Shown piece by piece: positions 46,880 through 57,261 of a stretch of 64,000 nt of DNA. The notes under the pieces are model-generated. The model saw only the letters and a program-made list of their open reading frames with translations. It was not told the DNA's origin and did no database searches. Made by a program: the position numbers and the translations under genes. This DNA comes from Amoebophrya sp. A120. Its lineage: Eukaryota; Protista; Dinoflagellata. The stretch spans positions 12,135,832 to 12,199,831 of the forward strand of contig CAJINV010000001.1 of NCBI GenBank assembly GCA_905178155.1. Direction: 5' to 3'. Positions within the stretch are counted from its first letter, which is position 1; each line of letters starts with the position of its first letter.

Positions 46880-49800
46880 ATGAATCAGGTTGCATGTGAC
46901 TTCCCAGCGCAAGTAAAGTCCATCTGGATGACGGAAGAAAACAAGCGGCTGCTGAAGGCGCAGAACCCGCGGCTCGGGCAGGAAAGGCTGAAGATCCTCC
47001 TGATCTGCGAGTACGCGCCGTGCGAGTTCCACGGGATGGCGGTACGCCTGAAAAATTGCGTACGGGAACTGAGTAAGGATCACGATGTCCGGATCATGAC
47101 CTCGAGAAACAAGGAGCAACTGCAGAAGGAGGGCTTCAACGATGTGCACACCATCGACTTGTACCGACAGATGGGCTATCAAATGCAAAAATGTCTGGGT
47201 CTGGGAGGATGGAACTTGTGATGCGTCCTGTGGGTTACACAAAAATCTGTGCTGCGTGATTGCCAAAAGTTGTCCTTTTTTGACCAAAATGAGCGGGAGT
47301 TTCTTATGCAGGATAAGCATGATAGAGACATCGCAGAAGTTGTCATGGTAGGTCCTGCATCCCAGACCTCATGGGGCATGGAAAATATGCATGACAAGTC
47401 TGCATTCTTCCAGACCCAGACATTTTTACATTTGATATGGGCTACTGCGTCCAGAACTTGTGGAACCCGGGAAACAAGCTGGTAACATGATATCGATGGA
47501 TTTTCATCTGAAATGGTGAAAATGCGAAAAAGCATGTTTCTAGGAGCACAATGTCGCATATGGTGCAAATTTACTGGTGGAAATCAAATCTTAATCTTCA
47601 CACAGTGGTACGCGCCAAACCTGAATCTGGTCGAGAACTTCTTCGATTTTCAACCCGACGTGGTCCACGTTTTCTACCCCTGCATCGTGACACTCCCCGT
47701 CTTCGCGCTGAGCTACTTGCTCGATGTTCCCGTCTACTGCTCCCACCACGTAGACATGACTTACTACATCGGGAAGTACTGGAAGAGCGCGCTCTGCCGG
47801 CGGATGTGTTACTTTTGGTACACGTTGCACGCGCGCCTCCCGGCCTACCTCCTCGGCGACATCAACGTGGCCCCAACGAAGAACGCCCTGGACAAGGAGT
47901 TCGAGGTCCTGTACGCGAACAGTTTTTTGCGCAAGTGCGTCCAGCTCTACGAGTCGTTTGGGTGCTTGTCCTTTCCCGACGACAGCCCGGTGTACGCGGA
48001 TCTGCAGCGGCAGCACCTGGCGCAGCAACGTGAGGAAGAGCTGCAGCTCGCCGCGGAGGAGGAATACGCGCAGCAGTTTGACTTCGTCAACACTTTGGAG
48101 ATGGACAGTAACTACCCACCCCTGCCGCCGTCCTCCGCGCGGTCGTTTGAGCTGACCGCGTGTGACAGTCCGTGCACGACGGCATCGCACCGCTCGGACA
48201 GCGACGGCGAGGAAGAAGAGCTGCCGGAGGTCAGCCTGGACGAATTTCGACAGATGACAAAGTGCACAACAACTACTAGTACTACTGCGTCGCCGGCTCC
48301 GTCCTCATCTGCACAAATTTTGAGCAACAATTCTTTCAGCAAATCTTCTTCTGGTGCCAGCAGCAGCTGCGGCAGTGCCGACGGGAGTCCGCAAGTAAGC
48401 AGGAGAACAACGACAAAAGACCACGAGCTGCTGCGCGACTCGCCGCAGATTCTGAACCTCTCGCCGAACAAAATTGACAAGCTGAGCTTTGGCGAGAAGC
48501 TGCGCGCCTCCGCGAGAAACTTTACTCCCGAGTACTTGCAAAAGTACATGCTGCAGCGCGGACTAGAGGGAAGTAACGATACGGGCAGCAGTTGTTGTGC
48601 GGTCGAGCAAATGAACCCGCCCAACCCGTCGGGTTCTGCGATCCGCAAATCCGTCTCCCTCGACAGTTTGGAAGATAGAATGACCGCCAGTACGTATTCC
48701 GGCATGTCGGAAGACCTTACCAGCTCGCGAATGACAGTCGAGACGAGCAGCAGAAGAGCTAGCGGAAACAACTTTCTCCCCGGCGGTAGTAAGCTGCAAG
48801 CCGGGCCGTCCTTTGACTTCTCGGACTTTATCATTCCAACCTCCGTGGGCTCGTCGTTTCGCGGATCCGATGCTGGAGCGGTAGCGGGGAATGCGACTGC
48901 CGCAAAAACGCCTGTGCTCGCGGAAACCAGCCAGAACCTGATTCGCGGAAACATTCCAATGCACAAGGACGCGAAAATCATCCTCATGGTGCAACGGGTA
49001 AGGACATAATTGATTCCTTACGAAGCCTTTTTTTACTACGGAATGAAAGAAGTGCAAGAATGAACGTGGATGTGATTTTTCCAAAGTACATCACAAGTCA
49101 AGTCAAGCAGTTTGCAGCTAAGAACATGTACGTAGGCAGTTGGTGCTACAAGAGCAATAACCATGAACTCTCTCAGGTTGCCCCCGAGAAGCGCGTCGAA
49201 ATGGCGCTGCGCCAGATGCCCAAGCTGGTTGGAAAATTTCACTTGGTGGTCGTTGGTGATGGCCCGGCTTTCCAGCACTGCGTTGACGTCACCACAAAAC
49301 TGTACCAGTGTGGGGAAAAGAACATTCTGCAGAAGAACTTTTTGTTCCAAGACAACGACGAAAAGAAGACGAAGGTATCGCATGATCAATCGCACTTGAG
49401 CAAAGACATCAACGTCACCTTTCTCGGAATGGTCGCAAACGCTAGACTCCCGGTGCTGTACCAAAACGCGGATTTCTTTCTCAGCTGTGCGGTGTCGGAA
49501 ACCTTCGGTACTATTAAAGCAGAATTTAAAATATTTGGATAATTAGTAGTTTTTGCTGCTGTTGTTTGCTTCATTCGGTCTGTTCGTGTTTTCCCTGTGC
49601 CTGCGTGGTAGTTTGCGTCGAGTTGGCGCTACTCATTTTCAAGACGATGACAAGCTGCTGGTGTTTAGTACTGTGTCACGTGATGAAGAACAGCGAGCAA
49701 AAGAACCTCTCAGCGCCTCACGACCCATCAAAACAAAACAGGCATCACCGTAATCGAAGCGCTCTCGTGCAACCTGGTGCCGCTGCTGGCCCGTTGCCAG

Positions 49801-50034
49801 GTCTTCGAGGAGCTGTACCGGGACTCGAAATTCATCACGGACTGCATGTTCAACACGGAGCAGGAGCTCCTGGACACGTTAACCCGCCTCGCCGACAGGA
49901 AAGAGCGCATTCCGTCCGGCGAGGAGTTGCGGTTTCAGCTGCGAAACAGCATTTTCTTCTCTTGGGACCAGGCCGCAAAAACCCTGGTGTCGCAATACCG
50001 ACAGTGCCAAAAGGTGCGAGCAGCGTTCACGTAA
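46880..50034 (+). CDS. GT4 glycosyltransferase, SQD2/glycolipid-synthase-like, with a large Ser-rich insert
   Basis: Exons 46880-47176, 47443-47481, 47606-48997, 49177-49507 and 49742-50034. Motifs KILLICEYAP...G, PDVVHV, QRVAPEK, VVGDGP and ETFGITVIEA (Ex7E). Confidence 0.85.
47177..47437. mobile_element. Introner family A (261 bp)
   Basis: TIR tatcaaatgcaaaaatgtctgggtctgg / ccagacccagacatttttacatttgata. TSD tgggc at 47172-47176 and 47438-47442. Removal gives QMGYCVQN. Confidence 0.93.
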
Positions 50035-51158
50035 GAATTGCGCAGGCGCAGCGAGCAACAAAAAATACTCGCTTTTGTCTAAGTGTCACGCGATGACAGC
50101 AGCTTTTGTGGGCTGTAGTTTCACCATGCTTCGACATTCTAACTCGTAGTCGTACGTTCCTGGTTGCAAGAGAAGCGACGCTGCGTTAGACTTTCGTCTC
50201 AACACGAAAAGGAAAACACATTTAAAGTAGAAGCAGCTACTGCTACGTACATAAGTGCTTAACGAGATTAGGTGGGCGCCGTAATTCCGAAAGCGAGATG
50301 GGGATTCATTCGCAGTCCAAGGCGACAAAAAATAGTGCTTGTCCATTACATGACGGATGACTACTTCTACAAGAAAAAGAATTTATTTCGATTGCTGACT
50401 GTGTTGCCGACGTAGCCGTCACCTGTTGGTCGTCATCGCTGACGATAATCAGTAGAGTTACGCTTTCGTTGCAAGACCATGCGCCATGATCTTCACGAAA
50501 TGGAACACGACAGTTGGGAAGCGTAAAGATATAGAAAAAAATATGCGCCTTCTAGAAAAACAAAGAAGTACATTATCTTCTACCTCTAAAAATGTCTCGA
50601 GCTTCCTTCAGCCGGCAGAGCCCCATCTATATTTTCAGCCATCAAGGCGGAAGTTCAGCCTATAAATATATATTGATATAGTACGTAGCTTTTTCCCTCC
50701 CCGATTGCCAGAATTGGCTTAGTTATTACCTAAAAGCAGAAGCAAGCATTCCTTCGCGAAAGCCTCCGAAGAAGAGTGCAGCGCATCCTAGAGGAGCTTT
50801 GTTTTTTTTTTCCGCGAGGCTTTGAAAATCTGGTGGCGCAGCGGCAGCTAGTAGGTACTCATCAAACACGCTCTATCAATTTCATGCCAGTTTTTTACTA
50901 CGCTGCGTCTGCCGCTGCCGCAAAGCCCGCGGCCACTCTGCGCTTGAGGCGTTCAATTGTGCAGATGGTGTATCACGGCGGCAGAAAGTATAGGCGATAT
51001 TTTCGCGCTCGCGCAGAGCTGCTACTCTATCGAAGTGATGAACACGAGAAATACCACCGCTTTATTGAAACATTGTGGATGCCGTAGCTTATCCTTGTTG
51101 CTTAGTTGACGAGTACTTTGGGTTTGGGTCGACAACTGTCGATAATGAAGATTTGTTT

Positions 51159-51209
51159 TACTTGACCGACCTCCTCGAGGAGCTTCTCTACCACATAACA
51201 CTATTCAAA
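51159..51209. repeat. 51-bp perfect direct repeat, copy 1
   Basis: tacttgaccgacctcctcgaggagcttctctaccacataacactattcaaa, identical to 52466-52516. Confidence 0.95.
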
Positions 51210-51424
51210 TTAGGGCGGAAAAATCGGCAAATCTCATCATTTTTGCATGCGAACACTTTGGGGGGGTAAAAAAAGTTACTCTTTTGGGTTTGTAACTATT
51301 TCTCTTTTTCCTCATCGTCGTGTGCGAATCATCTTCAGCCTTCGTTGTCACTGTCCACCATTAGGTCCTGTCCTTTTTTGAGTGTGAATCTCATCACTTT
51401 GTTGAAATTGTTCAAGCCCGTGTC

Positions 51425-52306
51425 CTACCAACACGGGCAACACTTCCCCCTCTGCCCAATCCAGTCCTGGACGCGATCCCAGGTCTTGCCATCGTCCTCC
51501 ATGTCGATGCCGACAGTTGTAGTGATGGCCTTGGCGGTCGAAGCTGCCTTTTGCTGTGTCCCGGGAACGATGTTATCCTGCTCCTCGTCCTCCTCTTCCG
51601 CGCCCTCCGGTACAAAGCGCAGCCGGCCACCGGTACTGCTATTGGTACATTTTCCGAGCCACACTGCCCCCAGACGGTCGTGGCACTGCGAGCAAGAAAC
51701 GTCTGCCATGTGTCGCTCCGGGTTTTTTGCAACGCCTTTCGCCCGGGTCAGCTCCCTCTCGTTGTCCTGAAGGCGCGTCGCGGCCGGTTGTGCCACCTCC
51801 CTCTCCCGTCTTGGTGAGCGTTCGCGCCGGGGCGCAGCTTCAGGACGCTTCGGCTCAGGGAAGGTGTACTCACGCTGGACCTGCTGGTTGGGTGGTGGAA
51901 GGATTCGTGGCAGGACGCCGGTTAGGTCTTCGTTCGTCCACTGTCCCTCGAGCTCCTCCCGTGTTAGTTTTTCCAGTCGCAGGGAGATACGGCCGCTGCA
52001 CAGAAAAACTAGCCCTGCCCCGGGCCTGGTGTGGGTTTTGAATATTGCAGCAAGGGGAGCCCCTGAACACAAATGTTCTTTCACGGTCGCCATAAGGGCT
52101 TTTGCGCCCCACAGGGCCCGCGCGGCCCTGTGTGGCGCGGCTGTGCCTTTTGCGCGCGGCCCCTGCCTAGGGGCCGGCGGCGCGCACTGCCAGGGCCCAA
52201 GTAGAGCAGGAAACAAGAAAACGCAAAGGGGGCGGCAGCCGCGCTCCTCTGCATAGCAGTCGCGCAGCTGCTCATGCTTGTTTGGGTAGTTGCATTGCTG
52301 CGCCAC
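51425..52306 (-). pseudogene. Antisense Cys-rich gene fragment between direct repeats
   Basis: 293-aa minus-strand ORF starting at a GTG just after an acceptor-like ttctacag. It has a CSQC...C motif, an acidic patch and a probable internal intron with GC-rich hairpins. Confidence 0.45.
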
Positions 52307-52465
52307 TTCCGTGGCGGGCTGTAGAACGAGGGCTCAGAGGGATGAAGCAATCGCTGGTGAATTGATCTCGCTTGCGCTGTCGCAATAGGCACAGAAACAT
52401 AGAAAGGCTGAGGGATGTGAAAACAATGGACCTCCTCAAGATTTCGGAACTGTGATCTGGTTGCA

Positions 52466-52516
52466 TACTTGACCGACCTCCTCGAGGAGCTTCTCTACCA
52501 CATAACACTATTCAAA
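52466..52516. repeat. 51-bp perfect direct repeat, copy 2
   Basis: Identical to 51159-51209. Confidence 0.95.
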
Positions 52517-54346
52517 GATACTTAAATACATCTTGAAAAAAAAAGGACTTATTTATACTAAACACGGGCACGGCATACAATAGGATAAAACTGCAGAAGT
52601 ACCCGCTACCCCACGGCAACTACACCTGGCCTTTCTATCAGGTGCTCCTTCGATTTTTAACAGGGTCTTGTGCTGGGTATTTTTTCCCCGCTCAGTACAG
52701 GAGGAACTCCATCGGGGCTTGTTGTCACCTTTGCTACCAATTCAGCCACATTGTTCTAAGAAATATATCAAGAATGATTCTGCAATATGAACCACTGTAT
52801 ATTACATGTTGACGCTGTAGCTGGATATGTTTTTGCGCTCCTTGTATACTACAATTTCAATTTCGCACATTGTGATTGGATCCTCAAAAATACGAAGGGT
52901 CCTTCGGGCTCTATTTACCCTTCGTACTTTCTACTAGCGGCTCGTTCTTGGTAGAATGAATTTTCATACCGAAGGAATTCGAGGGCGGGTTTTTGCAGGA
53001 AGGAGAAGCAGGAACAGGATTCCGATTCGAGTCACGAAATCAAATGAAAGAAGAATATGAAAACAGGGAAACTCAAAGAATTTACAAAGACGACATCGAA
53101 AAAGCTCGACGCATGGCCGTGGCCAGTGAGGGGACTACTCAGCTTTGTCTTCGATAAAGTGCTTCGCGACGTGTTCGCATTGTTCCTAAAACGCACGTGA
53201 GTAAGACGTCTGCGCCAACATCACACGTTCGCACAGCACCGGCGGTCAGCGCAAGCAGCAATGAAAACGTCTGTGATCGATTTCAGAATGACCAGTCTAG
53301 CGTGAATGGCGACGAGGAGTTGCGATCCCGTAGTAGGTCGATCTTCATTGGGTGTGTTTGTTTGAGATCTGTTGCGTGTACTAAGCGGAAACCGCGTTGA
53401 GATCAGTTCCGTGAAAGATGAACCGCATATCGGGTCGCGTTGGAACAAGAACGCTAGATGAGTGGTCGAGTCCTCAGCGATCAAAGTCGCTCTCGAAGTT
53501 ACGCTCCCCTGCACCACAGCGATATGTATGATGAATTCCAATGTGTGTGCGTATTGACCAAACATGAAGTCAAGGAGTTGATCAAACAGGATAACGAACT
53601 AGAACAGGAGCCGTGCCTAGAAGTTGTACGTTATTGGCTGGAGCAGCATCACCATCAGCATCCATCGCTATCCCGATTGGATCATTCGTCTGTCGTGCGA
53701 ATTGTTGCGGAGCGTCAATGATACCGTCTGATTAAAATTCTTTACCCAAAACCAGAATCGAAGAGCAACAGAGATTGATTGGTAAGCGTGGTATCGCTCG
53801 TCGAGTAAGTACTCGCATACACCAGGAACTAAAAAAGTATACACAACACAGTAAGTTGTAAACGAGTTGTGTCCTGATACGTATACTCGAGAACATGAAC
53901 AAAGAGAATAGAGACGGACCAAACGAGATCATAGATGAGAATAACAGAACAAATACACTTGTCGATGAAGAGATGTGAACATGTCAAGTTTATCATCGTT
54001 TTAGAGTATTTGAGACCGTCGGTCAACGAGAAAATTGTGGCCCCGTACCACGTACACGTACGGAGAAACAAACATAAGGAATATCTAGAAGTAGGAGTAC
54101 TCCTTCTACGTTACTACAAGTCGTCGACAACAATTTCATACGAGAACACGCTGCGATTCTTCACAAACACAAATTCTCTGTAATTATTTTGATTCCTTTC
54201 CTAGGAAATAAACAACAAGAGGAGCCCGAATGAAAGAAAAGAATAAGAAATAGAAACGTCGCCCCAAGACGCCTCAACACGACCCGTACTTATTATCACC
54301 ACTTGATCGACGGTTCACGACCCAGCAGGGCGGGGGAAAGTCAAAA

Positions 54347-57261
54347 ATGGTGGAACAATCTCCGAAACAAGCTACAAAGGCGAAAACAAGGGAGGCCGCG
54401 GCGCAAGCTTCGTCCTCTACTTCCAATGAGATGAAACAAGACCAGCAGAAGGAGATGCTGGAGAAAAAGGAGGCTATTTCCAGCAGCCGCACGCGGGCGT
54501 ACAAAGATTCATTGAAGGCGATGAAACAGAACAACTACAGTGGGTTGGCGTCGGCGGTGGACAACGATGACGGCGTGCCGGCCCATTACCCGGTGATATG
54601 CATTGCAAAAATAATATCGCATGGTCGGAATTAAAATTATAAGAATTGATCACACGGATAATTCGTGTGGCAGATTGAAACTTTTGAAAGTCATGGAGAA
54701 ATAGCATTTGTCAGCTGAGCATTTACTACTTGCACAAGCAAGTACATCTTTCACGCAGTGTACTTGCAATTATTTCGACGAGTGCGATACTTTTGCTGTG
54801 CATAGGTTAGCAGTGGGGGCAACACCTACGCGAGTATCTTCGGCTCCCAGGATTCCACCGCGTACAGTGGGTCTACCACCTCTACCCTGGATTCCGCGGG
54901 CTATGCGACCTCGGCCGCGGCCAGCGTGACGGGGCCCTTGCCGCCACTCGCGCCGGGTTCTAGTACCGCAGGACCTGCCGCAGGCGGGTTGCACCACCAG
55001 GGCGGGGGTCAACATGGTCAACATCCACAACATGGTGGACCAACTGGTAGCCATGGTGCTGCGAACAACCTTCCGTACGGTTGCAACCCCTACCACGGCC
55101 AGGACGTGAACCACGCCGCTGTGGCAAGTTACGCACAACAGATGGCAGTCGCCGCGGCCATGCAGAACTACTACAGTGCGGCCGGCCATGCGCACGCCGC
55201 GGCGGCGGCGAGTAATCCGCTCGGGATGAATCACGGTGCGAACACCTTCAATCCCGGCCCGAACGGCTTGATGCCGCCCTCGATACTGGATCATCAACAT
55301 CAGAGCAACCCGTTAGCCGGCCCCGGCGGACCACCCGGTGCAGTGGCGGCCAACGGATTCCACCCCCAGATGCCGAACCCGTACCATGCCGCGGGTGCCT
55401 ACGGGCTGAGTGCGGCGATGCATGGATTTGGTTTTCCGAATGCGTACCAACAGGCGTACCAGCAGCAGCAGAACAGCTTTCTCACCGCCGCCGCGCAGGC
55501 CCACGCGGCCGCGCAGGCACAGGCTGCTGCCGCCGCGGCAGCGGCAGCCTCGAACAACCACGGTGGATCTAGTTCTGCGGGGACCGGCGGCGCGCCGCAG
55601 ACGCCGGGCAGCAATGCGGGCGGTCTGCCACAGATGCCGCAGTACGTACCCGTCCCGGTTCCAGTCCCGGTCCCGGTGACCCAGATCCACCAACTCCCCG
55701 AATACGAACTGGAGAAACTGATACTGTCGAAGCGGTACAACAAACAGCGCATGCTGGCGGCGGCGAGCGCGAGTAAGTTCTGGGCGGCCGGGGCAGGCGT
55801 GTACAACAACGGCCCTGGTGCGGCGAACAAGGAGAATCTGAATCAGGCCATGCTAGGGGGCAACCGCCTGGATTACACGCAGATGCGGGGAGGCGGTGCA
55901 GGAAAGGGCGGTGGACTCGTCGACAGGGACAACATCTGGAACAATTTTAACCCGCCGAAGCAGCACGCGGCCGGCCCGGGGCCGCAGCAGAACGCAAAAA
56001 TGAAAATGTACGGACAGGATATCGGCTCGCAACTATCCAGTGCCAGCACCACACCAGGTGAGGACATTGTTTCTTTTTTCGAATATGTTTATTGGGTGGT
56101 TTACTTTTTTGTGACGTAGACGCCAGACCACCAGCACCTCCACCTTACTCTGTTCAAGATTCATGTATGATGATGAGACAAACGTACGAGCTGGGACGTG
56201 CTGAACTTGCTGATGTATATGGTCTTTCTTTGATAGATACAGTAACAGTTGCAGATACAGTCAAGCCGCCAAAGCTCAGCTACGCCCCTGAAAAAGAAGA
56301 AAATGAAACCGACCTCGAATAGGTGACGACGCCAGCAGCGGCATTACCGACGAAGGGCTCTGTGACGGGCCGCCGACCACTGTGATGATCTGCAATATCC
56401 CGAGTTTATTGACGCAAGAAATGATGCTGGACGTCATCAACAGTTACGGCTACAAAGGAAAGTACTCATCTACTTTTGCTGATGTTTTAGTCGACATCTC
56501 TGCGGAAGTGAAGGAAGTCAAGCTCTAGCTCAGATGATCATTCACGACCACGATTAGCCACTGGCAGGTCTTCTGAAGATCATCAATGAATATGAAGATA
56601 CTACTCGATCTACTTCGTTGCAAAAGATCTACGAAAAATGAAAAATGTGCTTACTTGAGGTACGACTTCTTCTACCTGCCGATCGATTTTTCGACGAAGG
56701 CGAATTGCGGGTTCGCGTTTGTGAATTTCCTGATGCACGACGACATGCAGGGGTTCATGAAGGTGTTCCAGAATTTGGCCTTGCACGAAAAGTCGAAAAA
56801 ACGAACCAAGTGCGTCCCGGCGGATCTGCAGGGTTTTGAGAAGAATGTCGAGTACCACCGCAATTCGGCTTCGAATCGGGACACCATTCCTGCGGAATAC
56901 CGCCCGCTGATTTGGGATGCCGATGGTACTTACAATGGAGCCGTTTTTGTACTGGAAATGCGGTTGGCGTTGGTGGTCCATCAATCGCATACGGATTCTT
57001 GGATCGATCATATTTGATTGTAGTTCACTTGCAGGCACGACATAGTGGCTTTCCGTTTTTCACGAAATCTGATTTGTTCTGAGTGTTATGTCCGCAAAGA
57101 GGATTAAGTTAGTGAACAAACTTCTTCTACTGTTTATTCCTGCAGGTACCGCCTCGTGTCTGCCCCCGCCCTCTAAGAAACTGCGCCCGATTTTTCTCAA
57201 ATCTTGGAAGAAAAATGCAGCCACGCGACGCGGCCCGCCGGCGCGCAATCTGGAAGGTTGA
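54347..57261 (+). CDS. Mei2-like RNA-binding protein (RRM_2) with a Q/A/G/H-rich low-complexity N-terminus
   Basis: TTVMICNIP...YDFFYLPIDFSTKANCGFAFVNF...ADLQG is the Mei2 RRM3 signature. Exons 54347-54592, 54806-56057, 56323-56461, 56660-56925 and 57146-57261. Confidence 0.9.
54597..54804. mobile_element. Introner, family B-like (208 bp), whose TSD supplies GT-AG
   Basis: TIR tatgcattgcaaaaataatatcgca / tgcgatacttttgctgtgcata. TSD ggtga/ggtta. 54593-54805 is a 213-nt GT...AG intron. Confidence 0.88.

Noticed and set aside
51210-51215. Telomeric ttaggg next to the direct repeat
   Set aside because: A single hexamer, expected by chance.
52005-52180. Helitron 3' end (hairpin plus CTAG)
   Set aside because: Hairpin-to-CTAG spacing is not convincing, there is no Rep/helicase, and Helitrons do not make long target duplications.
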